Of a stretch of 64,000 nucleotides of DNA, positions 27,683 to 37,842 are shown one piece after another (position 1 is the first letter of the stretch; every line of letters begins with the position of its first letter). Source of the stretch: Vulcanimicrobiota bacterium (GTDB lineage Bacteria > Vulcanimicrobiota > Xenobia > Xenobiales > JADMJV01). The stretch covers positions 529,902 to 593,901 of the forward strand of contig JBFWNU010000006.1 of assembly GCA_050250895.1 (NCBI GenBank), read 5' to 3'. Both the position numbers and the translations under genes were made by a program. The notes beneath the pieces were generated by a model. That model was not told where the DNA came from. It did not search any database and was given only the letters and a program-made list of their open reading frames with translations.

Positions 27683-30600
27683 TCAGGTCCGTTTGCGAAA
27701 AATGGCCGTCAAGCGCTGCATGAATCTCCCCTGCGGGACCTGTCCCAGCCCCATCGCCTGCCCTTCTGGGTCAAGCTCCCAGTCGATCTCCCAGAGTCGC
27801 AAGCTTCGATCCTGGCCGGCCGTGACCACGAAACGTCCGTCCGGCGTGGCCGACAGGGCCCGCACCGCCCCAACGTGACCTTCGAGTTGAGCCAGCGAGC
27901 CGCCCCCATGGACGCTGTAAACCCGTACCTGTCCGTCGTCGCTAGCGGCCAGGGCGAAGAGCCCGCCGGCGACCAGGGTGATAGCGGTCAGTCCCGATCC
28001 GGACGGACCCAGTTCTTGCAGACAGCGCCCCTTCTTGAGGTCCCACAAGCGCAGGCGCCCATCCATGCCACCGGTGAGAGCGTAGCGACCGTCGTCGGTG
28101 ATGGTCACCAGGCTGGCCATCGACTTGTCTCCGAAGGTGTCGCCTCCCAACAGGCAACGTGCTTCGCGAGGATTCCAGACGGTCATTGGCTGGCGGGGGG
28201 CCACGACCACGGCCAGTTTGCCGTCGGCCGTCATGGCCAGATCGGCGGTGGTGGCGGTGATCCGTTCGCTGATCGCTTGCTGGCCCAGTCGCCAAACCAG
28301 CAGCAGGCCGTCGCTGGTGCCGGCCATGGCGAGTTCGCCGTCCGAGCTGATGGCCAGCGCTTCGATGCCGGGATGTCCGTCGAGATAGGTGTTGATACAG
28401 TTGCCCGTTTCCAGATCCCAGAGCCGAACGGCGTCGTCTCCGGCCGAGAGCAGCCAACCTTTGTCGCGAGCCAGGGCCAGCCGGCGGATGGAGCCGGTGT
28501 GCCCGGTAAAGCCGCGCAGACAAGACCCGGTGGCCAGTTCCCACAGGCGTAGAAAGCGCCCGGTGGCGGCAATGGCAAAACGGCCGTCGCCGGTCAGGGT
28601 GAGGGCGCTGATATCGACCTCTTCCGCCACCGTGCGTAGCTGCCAGACCGCCGCTACCGAGCGACGTCCGAGACGGGTCATCAGGTCAGCGTTGAGTTCC
28701 AGCGCGTCGGGGTCGCGGCGATAGCCGAACACCGACCGCGCTTGAGTCAGTTCGCGATAAGCGGTGGCAAAGTCGCTGCGGTCGAATCGCTCGCGGGCGC
28801 GGGTGAAGTGTTCCCAGAAAACCTCGCGAGTGCGCTCGGACTCGTCGTGGCTGCGACTGCGATTGACCACCAGGGCCCGCTCGTAGACACGAGACCCCTG
28901 GGCGATCTCCCACATCAGCAGGCGTCCATCCTGGCAGCCGGTGGCGGCCAGGTTGCCGTCGCTCGAAAGAGCCAGCGAGGTGACCGGGCCCTGGTGCCCG
29001 CTCAGACGGCGCAGGCTCCTTCCGCTGGGCACCTCCCACAGGACCACCTGGGCAGGGGTAGCGTCGATGTTGGCCAGCAAAAACTGCCCGGACGGATCCA
29101 GGCCCACCAGACTACCCTCGCGGTGGAAAATTCGCTCGCCAGTCGAGACATCCCAGAGTTCGACGCCGCCCCCTTCGGCCGAGCGTCCGTAGCCGACGGC
29201 AGCATAGCGGCCGGCGGCGCAGAAATGGATGGAGCGGACCTCGCCCGCGCAGGGCCGAACCCAGAGCGAGCCGCCGGTGGCCAACGACCAGAAACGCAGG
29301 CTGCGGTCGCGGCCACCCGAGAGGCCCAGCTCGCCATCGGGGGTCAATCCCACCGCCTCGACCAGATCGGTGTGACCTTCGAACACCTGCAGACACTCCC
29401 CGCTGGCGGCGTCCCAGAGCCGCAGGGTGGTGTCCCAGCTGCCGGACAAAAAGCGACTCTCGTCGGCTAGAAAGGCGACCGAAGTGACCCGCTTGGTGTG
29501 GCCGCTGTAGACGACTTCGGTGGTTCCGTCGGGCAGCCTGAGACGGCGCAGCTCGATCAGTCCCGCCAGGGCATGGTGCCCGCCCGCCAGCACGGTGTAG
29601 AAACGCTCCCGTTCGTCGAGAGCCAGCAGACTGCGGCCACGGTCAAGGGTCCAGACGCGCCCGCCGGCGCTCTCGAGCGAAAGGACCAGACTCTCGGTCA
29701 CGGCCAGCCGGCGGATGGATTTGCCCTGACCTTCGAGCAGACTCATCTGCCAGCGCCATTGGCGATGGCCCTCGGGGCTGATCCTTTCCAACCCGTCCCC
29801 GATGGCGGCCACTAAGCCCCCATCAGGGCAGAAGGCGAGGGCCGTGACGGTCTCGCCGCGCATGAAGATGGGCCGGGGTGAATCAGCGGGAAACAGAATC
29901 CTCCCCTCCCGGATGCGTTGCTCGCGCGCCGCCAAGTCAGCTCGTAGCAAGGCTTCGTGATCGTCGGGAATCTGGCGTAGGGCGGCCTGATAAGCCTGCA
30001 TGGCTTCGGTGAAGCGGGCCTGGTACATGCGGGCGTCGCCCAGCGCCCTCCAGGCCAGACCTTCACTGGCCACGTGGGGCAGCTCGAGGGCCGCGTTGAG
30101 TTCGACCTCGGCGGCCTGAGGGTCGAACTGCTCGAGGTAGTAGAGACCCAGAAACACGCCGGCCCGTGGATAGGCGGTCTTCACCTGGGCCAGGCGATGG
30201 AGCACCTCCGTGGAACGGATCTGCCCTAGACGCCACTGGAGCACCGAACGGTTATAGACGGTCTCGGGATGGAGCGCGTCCAGCTTCGAAGCCTCGCGCC
30301 AGGCGCTGAAGGCCTCTTGCGACTTGCCCAGGTTCCAAAACGAGACGGCCTTGTTGTTGAGGGCGGCTGCCCGTTGCACACCGGGCTTGGGAATGGGCCT
30401 CGGATAGGTCTTGCCGACCACGGTGCGATACAGAAAGGTCAGCCGCTCTCGCAGATCGAGCATCGAGGGTGGCCGCTCTTTGGGGCGCTTGGCCAAGCAC
30501 TGCAGGATGACGGTGTCGAGATTCTTGGGCAAGTCGGGTCGAAACTCGCGCGGGTTGGGGGGATCCTTGGACATGTGCCGCGCGATTAAAAGGGAGGGTT

Positions 30601-31387
30601 CGGTGCGCTTGGTGCCATCGTCGAAGGGTCGACGGCCGCAGCACAACTCGAAGAGCAGCACGCCCAGCGCGTAGATGTCTGCTTGAACGGCCACTCCCCT
30701 CCCCTCCCACTGCTCGGGAGCCGAATATTCGGGTGTGCCCAACAGAGCCCCGGTTCGGGTCAGGGTCCAGCTACTCCACTCGCTCCCGGGCTTGGGCGAG
30801 AGCTCGAGCGAAACTCCTTCCTCGAGCTTGTCGGGCAGGGGTTCGCGAGCAATCGTGATCGGGGACTCTTCAGCCCCGGTCATCTTGACCAGACCAAAGT
30901 CGGTAACGCACAAGCCCCCGTCCTCTCGAATCAGAAGGTTGGCCGGCTTGACATCCCGGTGGACCACTCCGTAGCGGTGGGCGTGAGCCAGACCGTCGCA
31001 AGCCTGAATGGTCAGGTCCAGGATGGTTTGCCAGTCGCCGGGCGAGACCCGTCCCGCCTGTTTCCATTCCTTGAGGCTGCCCCCCGGCAGATAGTCGAGA
31101 AACAACAGAGGAACACCGTGGTGCTCGCGGACAAACCAGCACTGCACGATGTTGGGATGCACTCCGAGGTCGACCCAGGTGTGGGCCTCGCGGATGAAGC
31201 GCTCTTTGGCGGTAGCATCCGACACCAGTTCTGGTAGGGGAACTTTTACCGCCAGATCCTGGTTCCAATCTCGATGGCGGACTCGGTAGACGGTTCCCAT
31301 CCCGCCCTGACCGACCAGTTCCTTGACCTCGTATCTGCTGTCGATAACGTCGCCAACTTGCCAATCGACGACACTACTGTGTGACAT
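27683..31387 (-). CDS. Ser/Thr kinase with TPR and WD40 repeats
   Basis: GQGGMGTVY, HRDVKPANLL, DFG, APE; multiple GH..WD repeats. Confidence 0.93.
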   Translation of the reverse strand: MSHSSVVDWQVGDVIDSRYEVKELVGQGGMGTVYRVRHRDWNQDLAVKVPLPELVSDATAKERFIREAHTWVDLGVHPNIVQCWFVREHHGVPLLFLDYLPGGSLKEWKQAGRVSPGDWQTILDLTIQACDGLAHAHRYGVVHRDVKPANLLIREDGGLCVTDFGLVKMTGAEESPITIAREPLPDKLEEGVSLELSPKPGSEWSSWTLTRTGALLGTPEYSAPEQWEGRGVAVQADIYALGVLLFELCCGRRPFDDGTKRTEPSLLIARHMSKDPPNPREFRPDLPKNLDTVILQCLAKRPKERPPSMLDLRERLTFLYRTVVGKTYPRPIPKPGVQRAAALNNKAVSFWNLGKSQEAFSAWREASKLDALHPETVYNRSVLQWRLGQIRSTEVLHRLAQVKTAYPRAGVFLGLYYLEQFDPQAAEVELNAALELPHVASEGLAWRALGDARMYQARFTEAMQAYQAALRQIPDDHEALLRADLAAREQRIREGRILFPADSPRPIFMRGETVTALAFCPDGGLVAAIGDGLERISPEGHRQWRWQMSLLEGQGKSIRRLAVTESLVLSLESAGGRVWTLDRGRSLLALDERERFYTVLAGGHHALAGLIELRRLRLPDGTTEVVYSGHTKRVTSVAFLADESRFLSGSWDTTLRLWDAASGECLQVFEGHTDLVEAVGLTPDGELGLSGGRDRSLRFWSLATGGSLWVRPCAGEVRSIHFCAAGRYAAVGYGRSAEGGGVELWDVSTGERIFHREGSLVGLDPSGQFLLANIDATPAQVVLWEVPSGRSLRRLSGHQGPVTSLALSSDGNLAATGCQDGRLLMWEIAQGSRVYERALVVNRSRSHDESERTREVFWEHFTRARERFDRSDFATAYRELTQARSVFGYRRDPDALELNADLMTRLGRRSVAAVWQLRTVAEEVDISALTLTGDGRFAIAATGRFLRLWELATGSCLRGFTGHTGSIRRLALARDKGWLLSAGDDAVRLWDLETGNCINTYLDGHPGIEALAISSDGELAMAGTSDGLLLVWRLGQQAISERITATTADLAMTADGKLAVVVAPRQPMTVWNPREARCLLGGDTFGDKSMASLVTITDDGRYALTGGMDGRLRLWDLKKGRCLQELGPSGSGLTAITLVAGGLFALAASDDGQVRVYSVHGGGSLAQLEGHVGAVRALSATPDGRFVVTAGQDRSLRLWEIDWELDPEGQAMGLGQVPQGRFMQRLTAIFRKRT

Positions 31388-31477
31388 AGGTAGGCTCCAT
31401 GTTCGCGAGGCAAACCTGATCCCATTCGCCGGGGCGGCAAACTTTATTCATCTTTTCTTCAAATATCGACAACAAAA

Positions 31478-31894
31478 ATGATGGACCATAACAAGATGAG
31501 AATCGGGCCATACCGCCTGCGCGTCCTGGTGGTTGACGACGATCTGAACGTAGCCTCGGTTTTATCGCGCCTGTTGCGGCACCTCGGATGTGAAGTGACC
31601 ACCTCGACGGAGTCGCCGGCGGCCCTGGCAACCTTCGAGGCGGCGCCTGACGACTTCGACTTGCTCTTCACCGATCAGGAGATGCCCGAACTGCGGGGGC
31701 CCGAACTGATTCGCCGGTGCCGGACCATCCGCCCCAACCTGGTGGTGATCATCGGTAGCGGTATGCCCCTGTCCGAACCTCTGACGGAGTGCTTGTTCTT
31801 GCGCAAGCCGTATCACCTACAAGGTTTACGCGATGCCCTGGATTGGGCGCGCTCCCAGGTCGACCGGGCTGTCGACGCCCCCAATAAAGGGTGA
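31478..31894 (+). CDS. single-domain response regulator
   Basis: VLVVDDD, FTDQEMPELRG, FLRKPY. Confidence 0.88.
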   Translation: MMDHNKMRIGPYRLRVLVVDDDLNVASVLSRLLRHLGCEVTTSTESPAALATFEAAPDDFDLLFTDQEMPELRGPELIRRCRTIRPNLVVIIGSGMPLSEPLTECLFLRKPYHLQGLRDALDWARSQVDRAVDAPNKG

Positions 31895-31915
31895 ACAAAT
31901 GTGCACCTGGAATAG

Positions 31916-32290
31916 TTGGCCGTGCGCAAGACTCGATTGCGGCGCTGGCGGTGCCGCAGCCGAGAGCACGCGGTTTGGCTCGAGGTTCTAGAACATCATG
32001 GCTTGTTCGTCTATCGAGTCAGACCGTGCTGGCATTTCCTCGACCACGACGCGGCTCCGGTTTTTTATTTCCACGGTAGCCCCGACCAGGCGGGCTGGCT
32101 GCTACTGGTCGTGGCCGAAGGGCTCGACTTTCACCAACCTCGCCGGGCCCGCCAGCGGGTCGAGGAATTTCTCGCTGCCCTGGGACTAAGCCGCAGCTGG
32201 GGAGTTATCGAGGCCCAACCGCTGCGCTGGGGCTGGGTCTGGAGGCTGCCGCGCCCTCCTCCGGGCATTGGCTGTTGGCGGCCAGCATGA
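31916..32290 (+). CDS. hypothetical protein
   Basis: ORF fills the gap; overlaps the convergent gene by 86 bp. Confidence 0.4.
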   Translation: MAVRKTRLRRWRCRSREHAVWLEVLEHHGLFVYRVRPCWHFLDHDAAPVFYFHGSPDQAGWLLLVVAEGLDFHQPRRARQRVEEFLAALGLSRSWGVIEAQPLRWGWVWRLPRPPPGIGCWRPA

Positions 32291-34040
32291 TTTCGGCCGC
32301 GTCCAGGTCAAGCTTCAGCTTGTCAAAGGCCCGACCGTCGGCCAGAGGGTGGAGGCGGTCGGTGGCTTCGACCAGCCCGTTGCGATTGCTATCGGCCCAG
32401 AGCCAGAGGTGGGTGGCTTCGGCTGCATCGAGTTGCCGGTTGCCGTCGGCATCGAGAGCGGCCAGAGCCTGCCCGTCGAGGGGTTGCCACTGCCCGTCAG
32501 CATTGCGGCTCAACAGCAGGGCGTCGACCCCGGCATCGTAGCGGCCGTTAAGATTCCAGTCGAGACTGGTGGCGGGCCGCTCCTTGCCTTCGACGGCTAC
32601 GGTCGATTCGACCGTGGGCCTGACCAGCTCCCAGGTTCGACTCGAGTGCAGCGAGCCGACGGCGTTGGCCTGGGGCTCGGCGCCAAGGCCATCGATGGTT
32701 TGAATGGTGCCCGAGTGGCTGATCACGAAAAGCCTCTGCTGATCGCGACCCAGCGCCAACGACTCGTGGTGATGCATCTCTGACTTGAGCTGGCCGGTGC
32801 GGGTGTCGAGCGCCACCAGTCGGCAGGGAGCTTCCAGAGCGAAGAGTGTCTCAGCCCCTCCTAGTTCGAGGTCGGTCACGAGTCCGGTCGCGGTTCGTTC
32901 CCAGAGCTGCTCACCCGTCTGGCCGTCCACCACCCGCAGACGCGAGATCATCTCGCCATCCGGGCCTGACTCATCGCTAACGGTTACCAGATCGCCAGCA
33001 TCGGTGGGCTGGAACCAGCGGGGCGGAGTGGGAGCCTGGTGGCTCCATAGCACCTGGCCGCTGGTGGGGTCGATGCGCTTGAGCATGGCCCGGCTGTTGC
33101 CTTGAGAGTCGAAGTCGGTCTGAGAGCAATAAAGCGAGCCGTCGACTCCAAAGGTCAGATGGCGGCCAAGCCCGCCGGCCACGCTCCAGGCCACTTCGCC
33201 GCTGGCGGCGTCGAGGCCCATCAGGCGAGTGGTGAGCGTGCCGTTGACGGCCTCGAAGAAAACCACCCGCGAGCCGTCCGGGCTCCAGGCGGGGTGCGAC
33301 CGGACCGCGCCCTGGGGGGAATAGCGCCAGTCAATCTCGCCGTTGGCGGCGTTACGCTGTTGCAGTTCAAAGACATCCTCCCGCGGCAGCCGGGTGATGG
33401 CAAAGAAGAGCATCTTGTCCTGGCGAAAGGCGATGCGGTCGATCTGCTGATCCCGAAACTCGAACAGCGGCTGGCCCGTAGCCAGATCCAGGGCGGACAT
33501 CACCGTCTGGCCCGGGGGGACGGTGTTCGAGGCGGCAAAGACTCGACCATCGTGGATTTCAATCGGCGCTCGAAGTCGCTCCAGACCCTGGCTCCAGACG
33601 GTCTTGCCCGTCTCGGGGTCGAGGCGACGCAAGCTGTAGTATGGGGGCCGGTCCAGGCGGTCCATCAAGAGAATCTCTCCTTCGGGGCCGAGGAAAGGTC
33701 CGCTGATCTTCTCGCCCATCAGCAACGACCACTTGAGTTCGCCGGTTTGAGGGTCGGTGGCCCTGAGGTGGTCGTCCACCTGGCCCAGCAGGGGGCCATG
33801 CGGGAGCACGATGGGCTGCTCCTGGGCCACGGCGCCAGCCCTGGTCCAAACGATGTTTCCGGTGCTCTCGTCAACGGCCGACAGGCGGCTGTGGGCGTCG
33901 GTGACCAGCAGATTGCCATGGCCGTCGCTGCGCGGCGATAAACTGACCCAATCCTCGATCTGCCCCCGCCAGCTCGAATCTGGTTGGCACGGCCGGGGTC
34001 GAGAGCGCGCCTGGGCGGCGTGGAGCGTGCTGATCCTCAT
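32205..34040 (-). CDS. PQQ-like beta-propeller repeat protein with C-terminal Ca-binding DxDxDG-type loops
   Basis: repeated A(L/V)DxxTGxxxW; DWNLNG, DADGNRQLD, DSNRNG; no signal peptide. Confidence 0.85.
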   Translation of the reverse strand: MRISTLHAAQARSRPRPCQPDSSWRGQIEDWVSLSPRSDGHGNLLVTDAHSRLSAVDESTGNIVWTRAGAVAQEQPIVLPHGPLLGQVDDHLRATDPQTGELKWSLLMGEKISGPFLGPEGEILLMDRLDRPPYYSLRRLDPETGKTVWSQGLERLRAPIEIHDGRVFAASNTVPPGQTVMSALDLATGQPLFEFRDQQIDRIAFRQDKMLFFAITRLPREDVFELQQRNAANGEIDWRYSPQGAVRSHPAWSPDGSRVVFFEAVNGTLTTRLMGLDAASGEVAWSVAGGLGRHLTFGVDGSLYCSQTDFDSQGNSRAMLKRIDPTSGQVLWSHQAPTPPRWFQPTDAGDLVTVSDESGPDGEMISRLRVVDGQTGEQLWERTATGLVTDLELGGAETLFALEAPCRLVALDTRTGQLKSEMHHHESLALGRDQQRLFVISHSGTIQTIDGLGAEPQANAVGSLHSSRTWELVRPTVESTVAVEGKERPATSLDWNLNGRYDAGVDALLLSRNADGQWQPLDGQALAALDADGNRQLDAAEATHLWLWADSNRNGLVEATDRLHPLADGRAFDKLKLDLDAAEIMLAANSQCPEEGAAASRPSPSAAVGPR

Positions 34041-34105
34041 CCTCGAGAGCATGGCAGTATTGGGGGCGAGGAAATCTAAACAGGGTGTAAAATAACGGGG
34101 CAGCC

Positions 34106-34984
34106 ATGGCCGATGATAATCCTTTCGTTCGCCTCCTCGGCGAGGCGCTCGAGTTTGACCTTCCCCCCGAAAATCCACGCACGGTGCGCGGCACCATTAG
34201 CTTGGCTCAGCGTTATCTGGCCCAGGAGGCCGAGGTCGAAGAGTTGGCCGAGGCGGTCGAGTGGCTAGCCCACCAGATTCGCAACATTCACCGGCAATCG
34301 ATCCAGGAACTCCAGGTCGAGACTCAAGTAGACCCCCAACTTCGCGTGCACCTCGAGGCTCAGATCGATGCCTACGAAGTGATCGGCGACGGTCTCGAGC
34401 GCCTATCCGAGTCGATTCCGGACCATTCCGAGGTGGCCGAGGCTTTGTCCATGGTCGAAGAAGGAGCGGAGATCCTGGCCGATCATCAAGAGGCCCTTCA
34501 GGCCTGGGCCAGTGGTGATGTCGCTCTGTGTCCAAAGTGCGGCCGCCGCCAGCAAGCCCGTGAGCGTCTGTGTCCCAGTTGCCATATCATGCTGGTGCTG
34601 CCCGATGCCAGCGACTTCGAGTTCCAAAGCGTGAATCTGGGGCCGGCCTACATCGAACTCTATGAGGCCTGCAAGGGGGTAGCCGAGGGCAATCTGGCGG
34701 TTCGTCAGCTGCTCGCCAGCGTCGATGCCCTGGCCAACGAACTGGGGCAGACCGAGTTTTTGCTCGAACGGCTCGACGCCACCCAGCGGGCTCAGCTCAA
34801 TGCCCCGGCCATCTCCGCTCAGTTGCAGCGTTCCCTGGAGGGGCTCGAGCGAATTCGCGGCTTCGAAAAGAGCGCCGCCCTGGCCGACTTGAACCGGGGC
34901 TGGGCGGCCGTCTCCCAGGCAGGCGAGCAGCTGGCTCGATCGATCGTGCCCCTGGCTGAATCGCTGGGCTACAAACCCCAATAA
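34106..34984 (+). CDS. helical hypothetical protein with central zinc ribbon
   Basis: CPKC..CPSC between two helical halves. Confidence 0.7.
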   Translation: MADDNPFVRLLGEALEFDLPPENPRTVRGTISLAQRYLAQEAEVEELAEAVEWLAHQIRNIHRQSIQELQVETQVDPQLRVHLEAQIDAYEVIGDGLERLSESIPDHSEVAEALSMVEEGAEILADHQEALQAWASGDVALCPKCGRRQQARERLCPSCHIMLVLPDASDFEFQSVNLGPAYIELYEACKGVAEGNLAVRQLLASVDALANELGQTEFLLERLDATQRAQLNAPAISAQLQRSLEGLERIRGFEKSAALADLNRGWAAVSQAGEQLARSIVPLAESLGYKPQ

Positions 34985-35012
34985 AAAAAGGGGCCCTGAC
35001 GGGCCCCTTTTT
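34983..35012. terminator. bidirectional rho-independent terminator
   Basis: A7-GGGGCCC-tgac-GGGCCCC-T5 between convergent genes. Confidence 0.88.
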
Positions 35013-35023
35013 CAGGGCGAGAC

Positions 35024-35326
35024 CTATCCCAGGATTCCCCCGCGGTTGAGAAAACCGCCAGCGATGCCCGGGCAACCACAGCCTCCACCGAAGCCGCCAC
35101 CACCGCAGCAGCCTCCGCCGCCGCAGCCGCCAGCTCCGCCGCCGCCACCGAGCCCCTGGCCTCCCTGGCTCATCGCCAGGCCTAGAATGATGCCCAGTAG
35201 CATCTGGAGCATTTCGCCGCCGCCCCCCTGACCGCGGGGTCCACCAAATCCACCGAGTCCGCCGATACCGGGGCCGCCGAAACCGCCCCGCATTGAGATA
35301 CTGCAACTTCCGCCGCAACAAGCCAT
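35024..35326 (-). CDS. small Gly/Cys-rich protein
   Basis: AGGAG RBS, downstream terminator, central helix MLQMLLGIILGLAM. Confidence 0.75.
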   Translation of the reverse strand: MACCGGSCSISMRGGFGGPGIGGLGGFGGPRGQGGGGEMLQMLLGIILGLAMSQGGQGLGGGGGAGGCGGGGCCGGGGFGGGCGCPGIAGGFLNRGGILG

Positions 35327-35354
35327 TGGATTGAGCTACTCCTTCTCTGTGTAA

Positions 35355-35452
35355 TTGAGTCCAGAGTAGCGGCCCGCCACCAGGGCCAGGAAGAGAGCGG
35401 TTGTAAACAGGCTGTTTCTGTTGTAGCCACCTTGTTAAGGGGCGTTAACAGA
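35355..35452 (-). promoter_or_regulatory. direct-repeat array plus -10-like element shared with 40504-40588
   Basis: minus strand TTAAC/TTAAC/GCTAC/GAAAC/TTTAC at 9-11 bp spacing; CCGCTACTCTGGACTCAA. Confidence 0.55.
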
Positions 35453-35698
35453 TTAGCCCCCCCCGCCACCCATCAGGATGCCGAAAACCATCACTGCGCC
35501 TCCGGCCAGACCGGTCAAGAAAGGGGCGCGACCTCGATCCCAATTGCTCACCAGCCAGATCAGGCTCACGAAGGGCACGAAAATACAACCGAGACCCCAG
35601 AGAATGCTAGTGCGAAAGGCTTCTCCTAAGAACCAGACGTTGCCGACGATGACCACGAGCACCCCGAGTAGCATGATGATTGAACCAAGAGCTTCCAT
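35453..35698 (-). CDS. small membrane protein
   Basis: three hydrophobic segments; GGGAGG RBS; AFxxSILWGL pattern. Confidence 0.75.
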   Translation of the reverse strand: MEALGSIIMLLGVLVVIVGNVWFLGEAFRTSILWGLGCIFVPFVSLIWLVSNWDRGRAPFLTGLAGGAVMVFGILMGGGGG

Positions 35699-35831
35699 AA
35701 AATCCTCCCACTAAACCAGAATGGATATACTATACTGCAATTTTCGGGGAATTGCCAGGGCTATTCCGAACTTCCTGACGAAACCGTCGCGCGGAGTGTT
35801 TTCGCTCGTCGGTTTAGGCTATAATCGGGCG

Positions 35832-36590
35832 GTGGGCCCCCTGATCTGGTTGCTTTTGACTCTCACCGCCACGCCCGCCAAGAGCTGGGCCCACCTGGCC
35901 GATGGCCGGCGTTTGTTGCTGGCAGCGCCCCAGCAGGCTCCCCTACCCGCCGTCTATCGTAAGCCGCCCCGCCAGCCTCGTCTGATTCCCTGGGAGTTGC
36001 CCTACCCGGAATGGGAGCGCGAATATCAGGATCATTTTTCCGCACTCTACGGCAGCGGAAGAGTTCGCTTTCGGCCCACCGTCATCATCATGCACTATAC
36101 CGTCATCAATGACGCCCAGGCTGTCTGGGATAGTTTCGCTCGCGGCTGCACCATGGCCCTGGGCGATCAGTTCCATTTCGGTCACCCTTCGGTGCAGTTA
36201 ATGATCGACAAGGACGGCACCATCTATCGCCTCTTGCCGCTCAATCACCGCGGCACCGGAGCCTACGGAGCCGACCACGTGGCCATCTCGATCGAGATGG
36301 TGGCGGCCGACGAGAAAGATTTATTGAGCCGCCCCCGCCAGGTGTTTTCCTCGTTTTGCCTGGTGAGCTGGTTGATGAACCATTATCAAATACCGCCGAC
36401 GCGGGTCTCGAGTCACTTCGAGGTGTCGCTGGGCTCGATCGTCTTTCCCGAGTTCACCGACCGGGCCGATCCGGTCTGGAAGTATTGCTATCCACCCCAG
36501 AGCTTTCGCTACGACCCGGGCACGCGTTATATGGGCATGTTGCGGCGCTATCTCATCGAGTATGGAGGCTTTCGACCTGGGCGACGATGA
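35832..36590 (+). CDS. N-acetylmuramoyl-L-alanine amidase (Amidase_2)
   Basis: IIMHYT, LMIDKDGTIY, ISIEMV, SHFEV; TATAAT 6 nt before GTG (possibly leaderless). Confidence 0.8.
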   Translation: MGPLIWLLLTLTATPAKSWAHLADGRRLLLAAPQQAPLPAVYRKPPRQPRLIPWELPYPEWEREYQDHFSALYGSGRVRFRPTVIIMHYTVINDAQAVWDSFARGCTMALGDQFHFGHPSVQLMIDKDGTIYRLLPLNHRGTGAYGADHVAISIEMVAADEKDLLSRPRQVFSSFCLVSWLMNHYQIPPTRVSSHFEVSLGSIVFPEFTDRADPVWKYCYPPQSFRYDPGTRYMGMLRRYLIEYGGFRPGRR

Positions 36591-37842
36591 CGTCCAGGGC
36601 CCGCTCTAGTTGACTCTCTTCGATCACCAGCGGGGCCAGAATCCTGAGCACGTTACCGTAGGTGCCGGCCAGAATGACCAGCACCCCCTGCTCACGGCAG
36701 CCCGCCACCACCCGTTGGGCCAGTTCGGTGGCCGGCAGACCGCTTTGTTCGAGCTCCAGCGCCATCATGGCCCCCAGCCCACGAACATCCACCACATAGG
36801 GAGAGTTCGCTTGAAGGGCTTGAAAGCGGGCTCGAATCGTGTGACCCAGAGCCTCGGCGCGTGCGCCCAGCTGCTCTTGTTCCATCACCTCGATGTTGGC
36901 CAGGGCGGCCGCGCAAGCCACCGGATTGCCGCCGTAGGTTCCGCCCAGAGTGCCGGGTCGAGCGGCGTTCATCACCTCGGCTCGACCCACCACCGCAGCG
37001 ATGGGCAAGCCACCCCCCATGGCCTTGGCCCAGGTCGACAGATCGGGCACGATGCCGGCGTGCTGATAGGCGGCCCACCGGCCGGTTCGACAAAATCCGC
37101 TTTGCACCTCATCGACGACGAGCAGGATGCCGAACTCCGAGCAGATCTCGCGTAAGCCCTGAAGATAGGCAAAAGGCGCCAGGTTAAAGCCGCCCTCGCC
37201 CTGGACAGGCTCGATAATCACCGCTGCCACCTGCTCGGCGCTTACCTGATTGGACAGGGCATGGCGAAAACGAGCCAGTTCTCGGGCCACAAAATCCGCC
37301 TCGCCCAGGCCGTCGCCGTAGCGGAACCGGTTGGGATAGGGCAGCCGATAGATCTCGGGGGCGTAGGGACCGCAGCCCAACTTGTAGGCCACCTTCGAGG
37401 TCAGGGTCGTGCTCAGCAGGGTTCGTCCGTGAAACCCTTCGCTAAAGGCGATGATGGCCGGCCGGCCGGTGGCCTGGCGGGCGATCTTGACCGCGTTCTC
37501 GACCGCCTCGGCCCCACTGTTGACCAGCATGGCCCGCGTCTCGGAGCCGTGCGGGAAGAGTTCGATGAGCTTTTCGCACAAGGCCACGTAAGGCTCGTAG
37601 GTGGCCACGTGAAAGCAGGTGTGTAGCAGCCGGTGACTTTGCTCGACGATAGCCGCTACCACCCGCGGGTGACAGTGGCCACTGTTGACGACCCCGATAC
37701 CCGAGGCCAGGTCGATAAACTGGTGTCCCTCGACATCAGTCAGGACGGCGCCTCGAGCGCTGGCCACCGTAACGGGATTGAGGCGCCCCACTCCGGCCGC
37801 CACGGCCCGTTCGCGGCGGGCCACCAGTTGCTCGCTGGTCAT
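36553..37842 (-). CDS. gabT: 4-aminobutyrate aminotransferase (class III)
   Basis: NSGAEAVENA, FHGRT, EPVQGEGG, DEVQSGFCRTG, AKAMGGG, GGTYGGNP. Confidence 0.85.
   Translation of the reverse strand: MTSEQLVARRERAVAAGVGRLNPVTVASARGAVLTDVEGHQFIDLASGIGVVNSGHCHPRVVAAIVEQSHRLLHTCFHVATYEPYVALCEKLIELFPHGSETRAMLVNSGAEAVENAVKIARQATGRPAIIAFSEGFHGRTLLSTTLTSKVAYKLGCGPYAPEIYRLPYPNRFRYGDGLGEADFVARELARFRHALSNQVSAEQVAAVIIEPVQGEGGFNLAPFAYLQGLREICSEFGILLVVDEVQSGFCRTGRWAAYQHAGIVPDLSTWAKAMGGGLPIAAVVGRAEVMNAARPGTLGGTYGGNPVACAAALANIEVMEQEQLGARAEALGHTIRARFQALQANSPYVVDVRGLGAMMALELEQSGLPATELAQRVVAGCREQGVLVILAGTYGNVLRILAPLVIEESQLERALDVIVAQVESLHTR

Noticed and set aside
26615-28552. 645-aa plus-strand ORF
   Set aside because: Antisense shadow of two minus-strand genes; no motifs; common in GC-rich DNA
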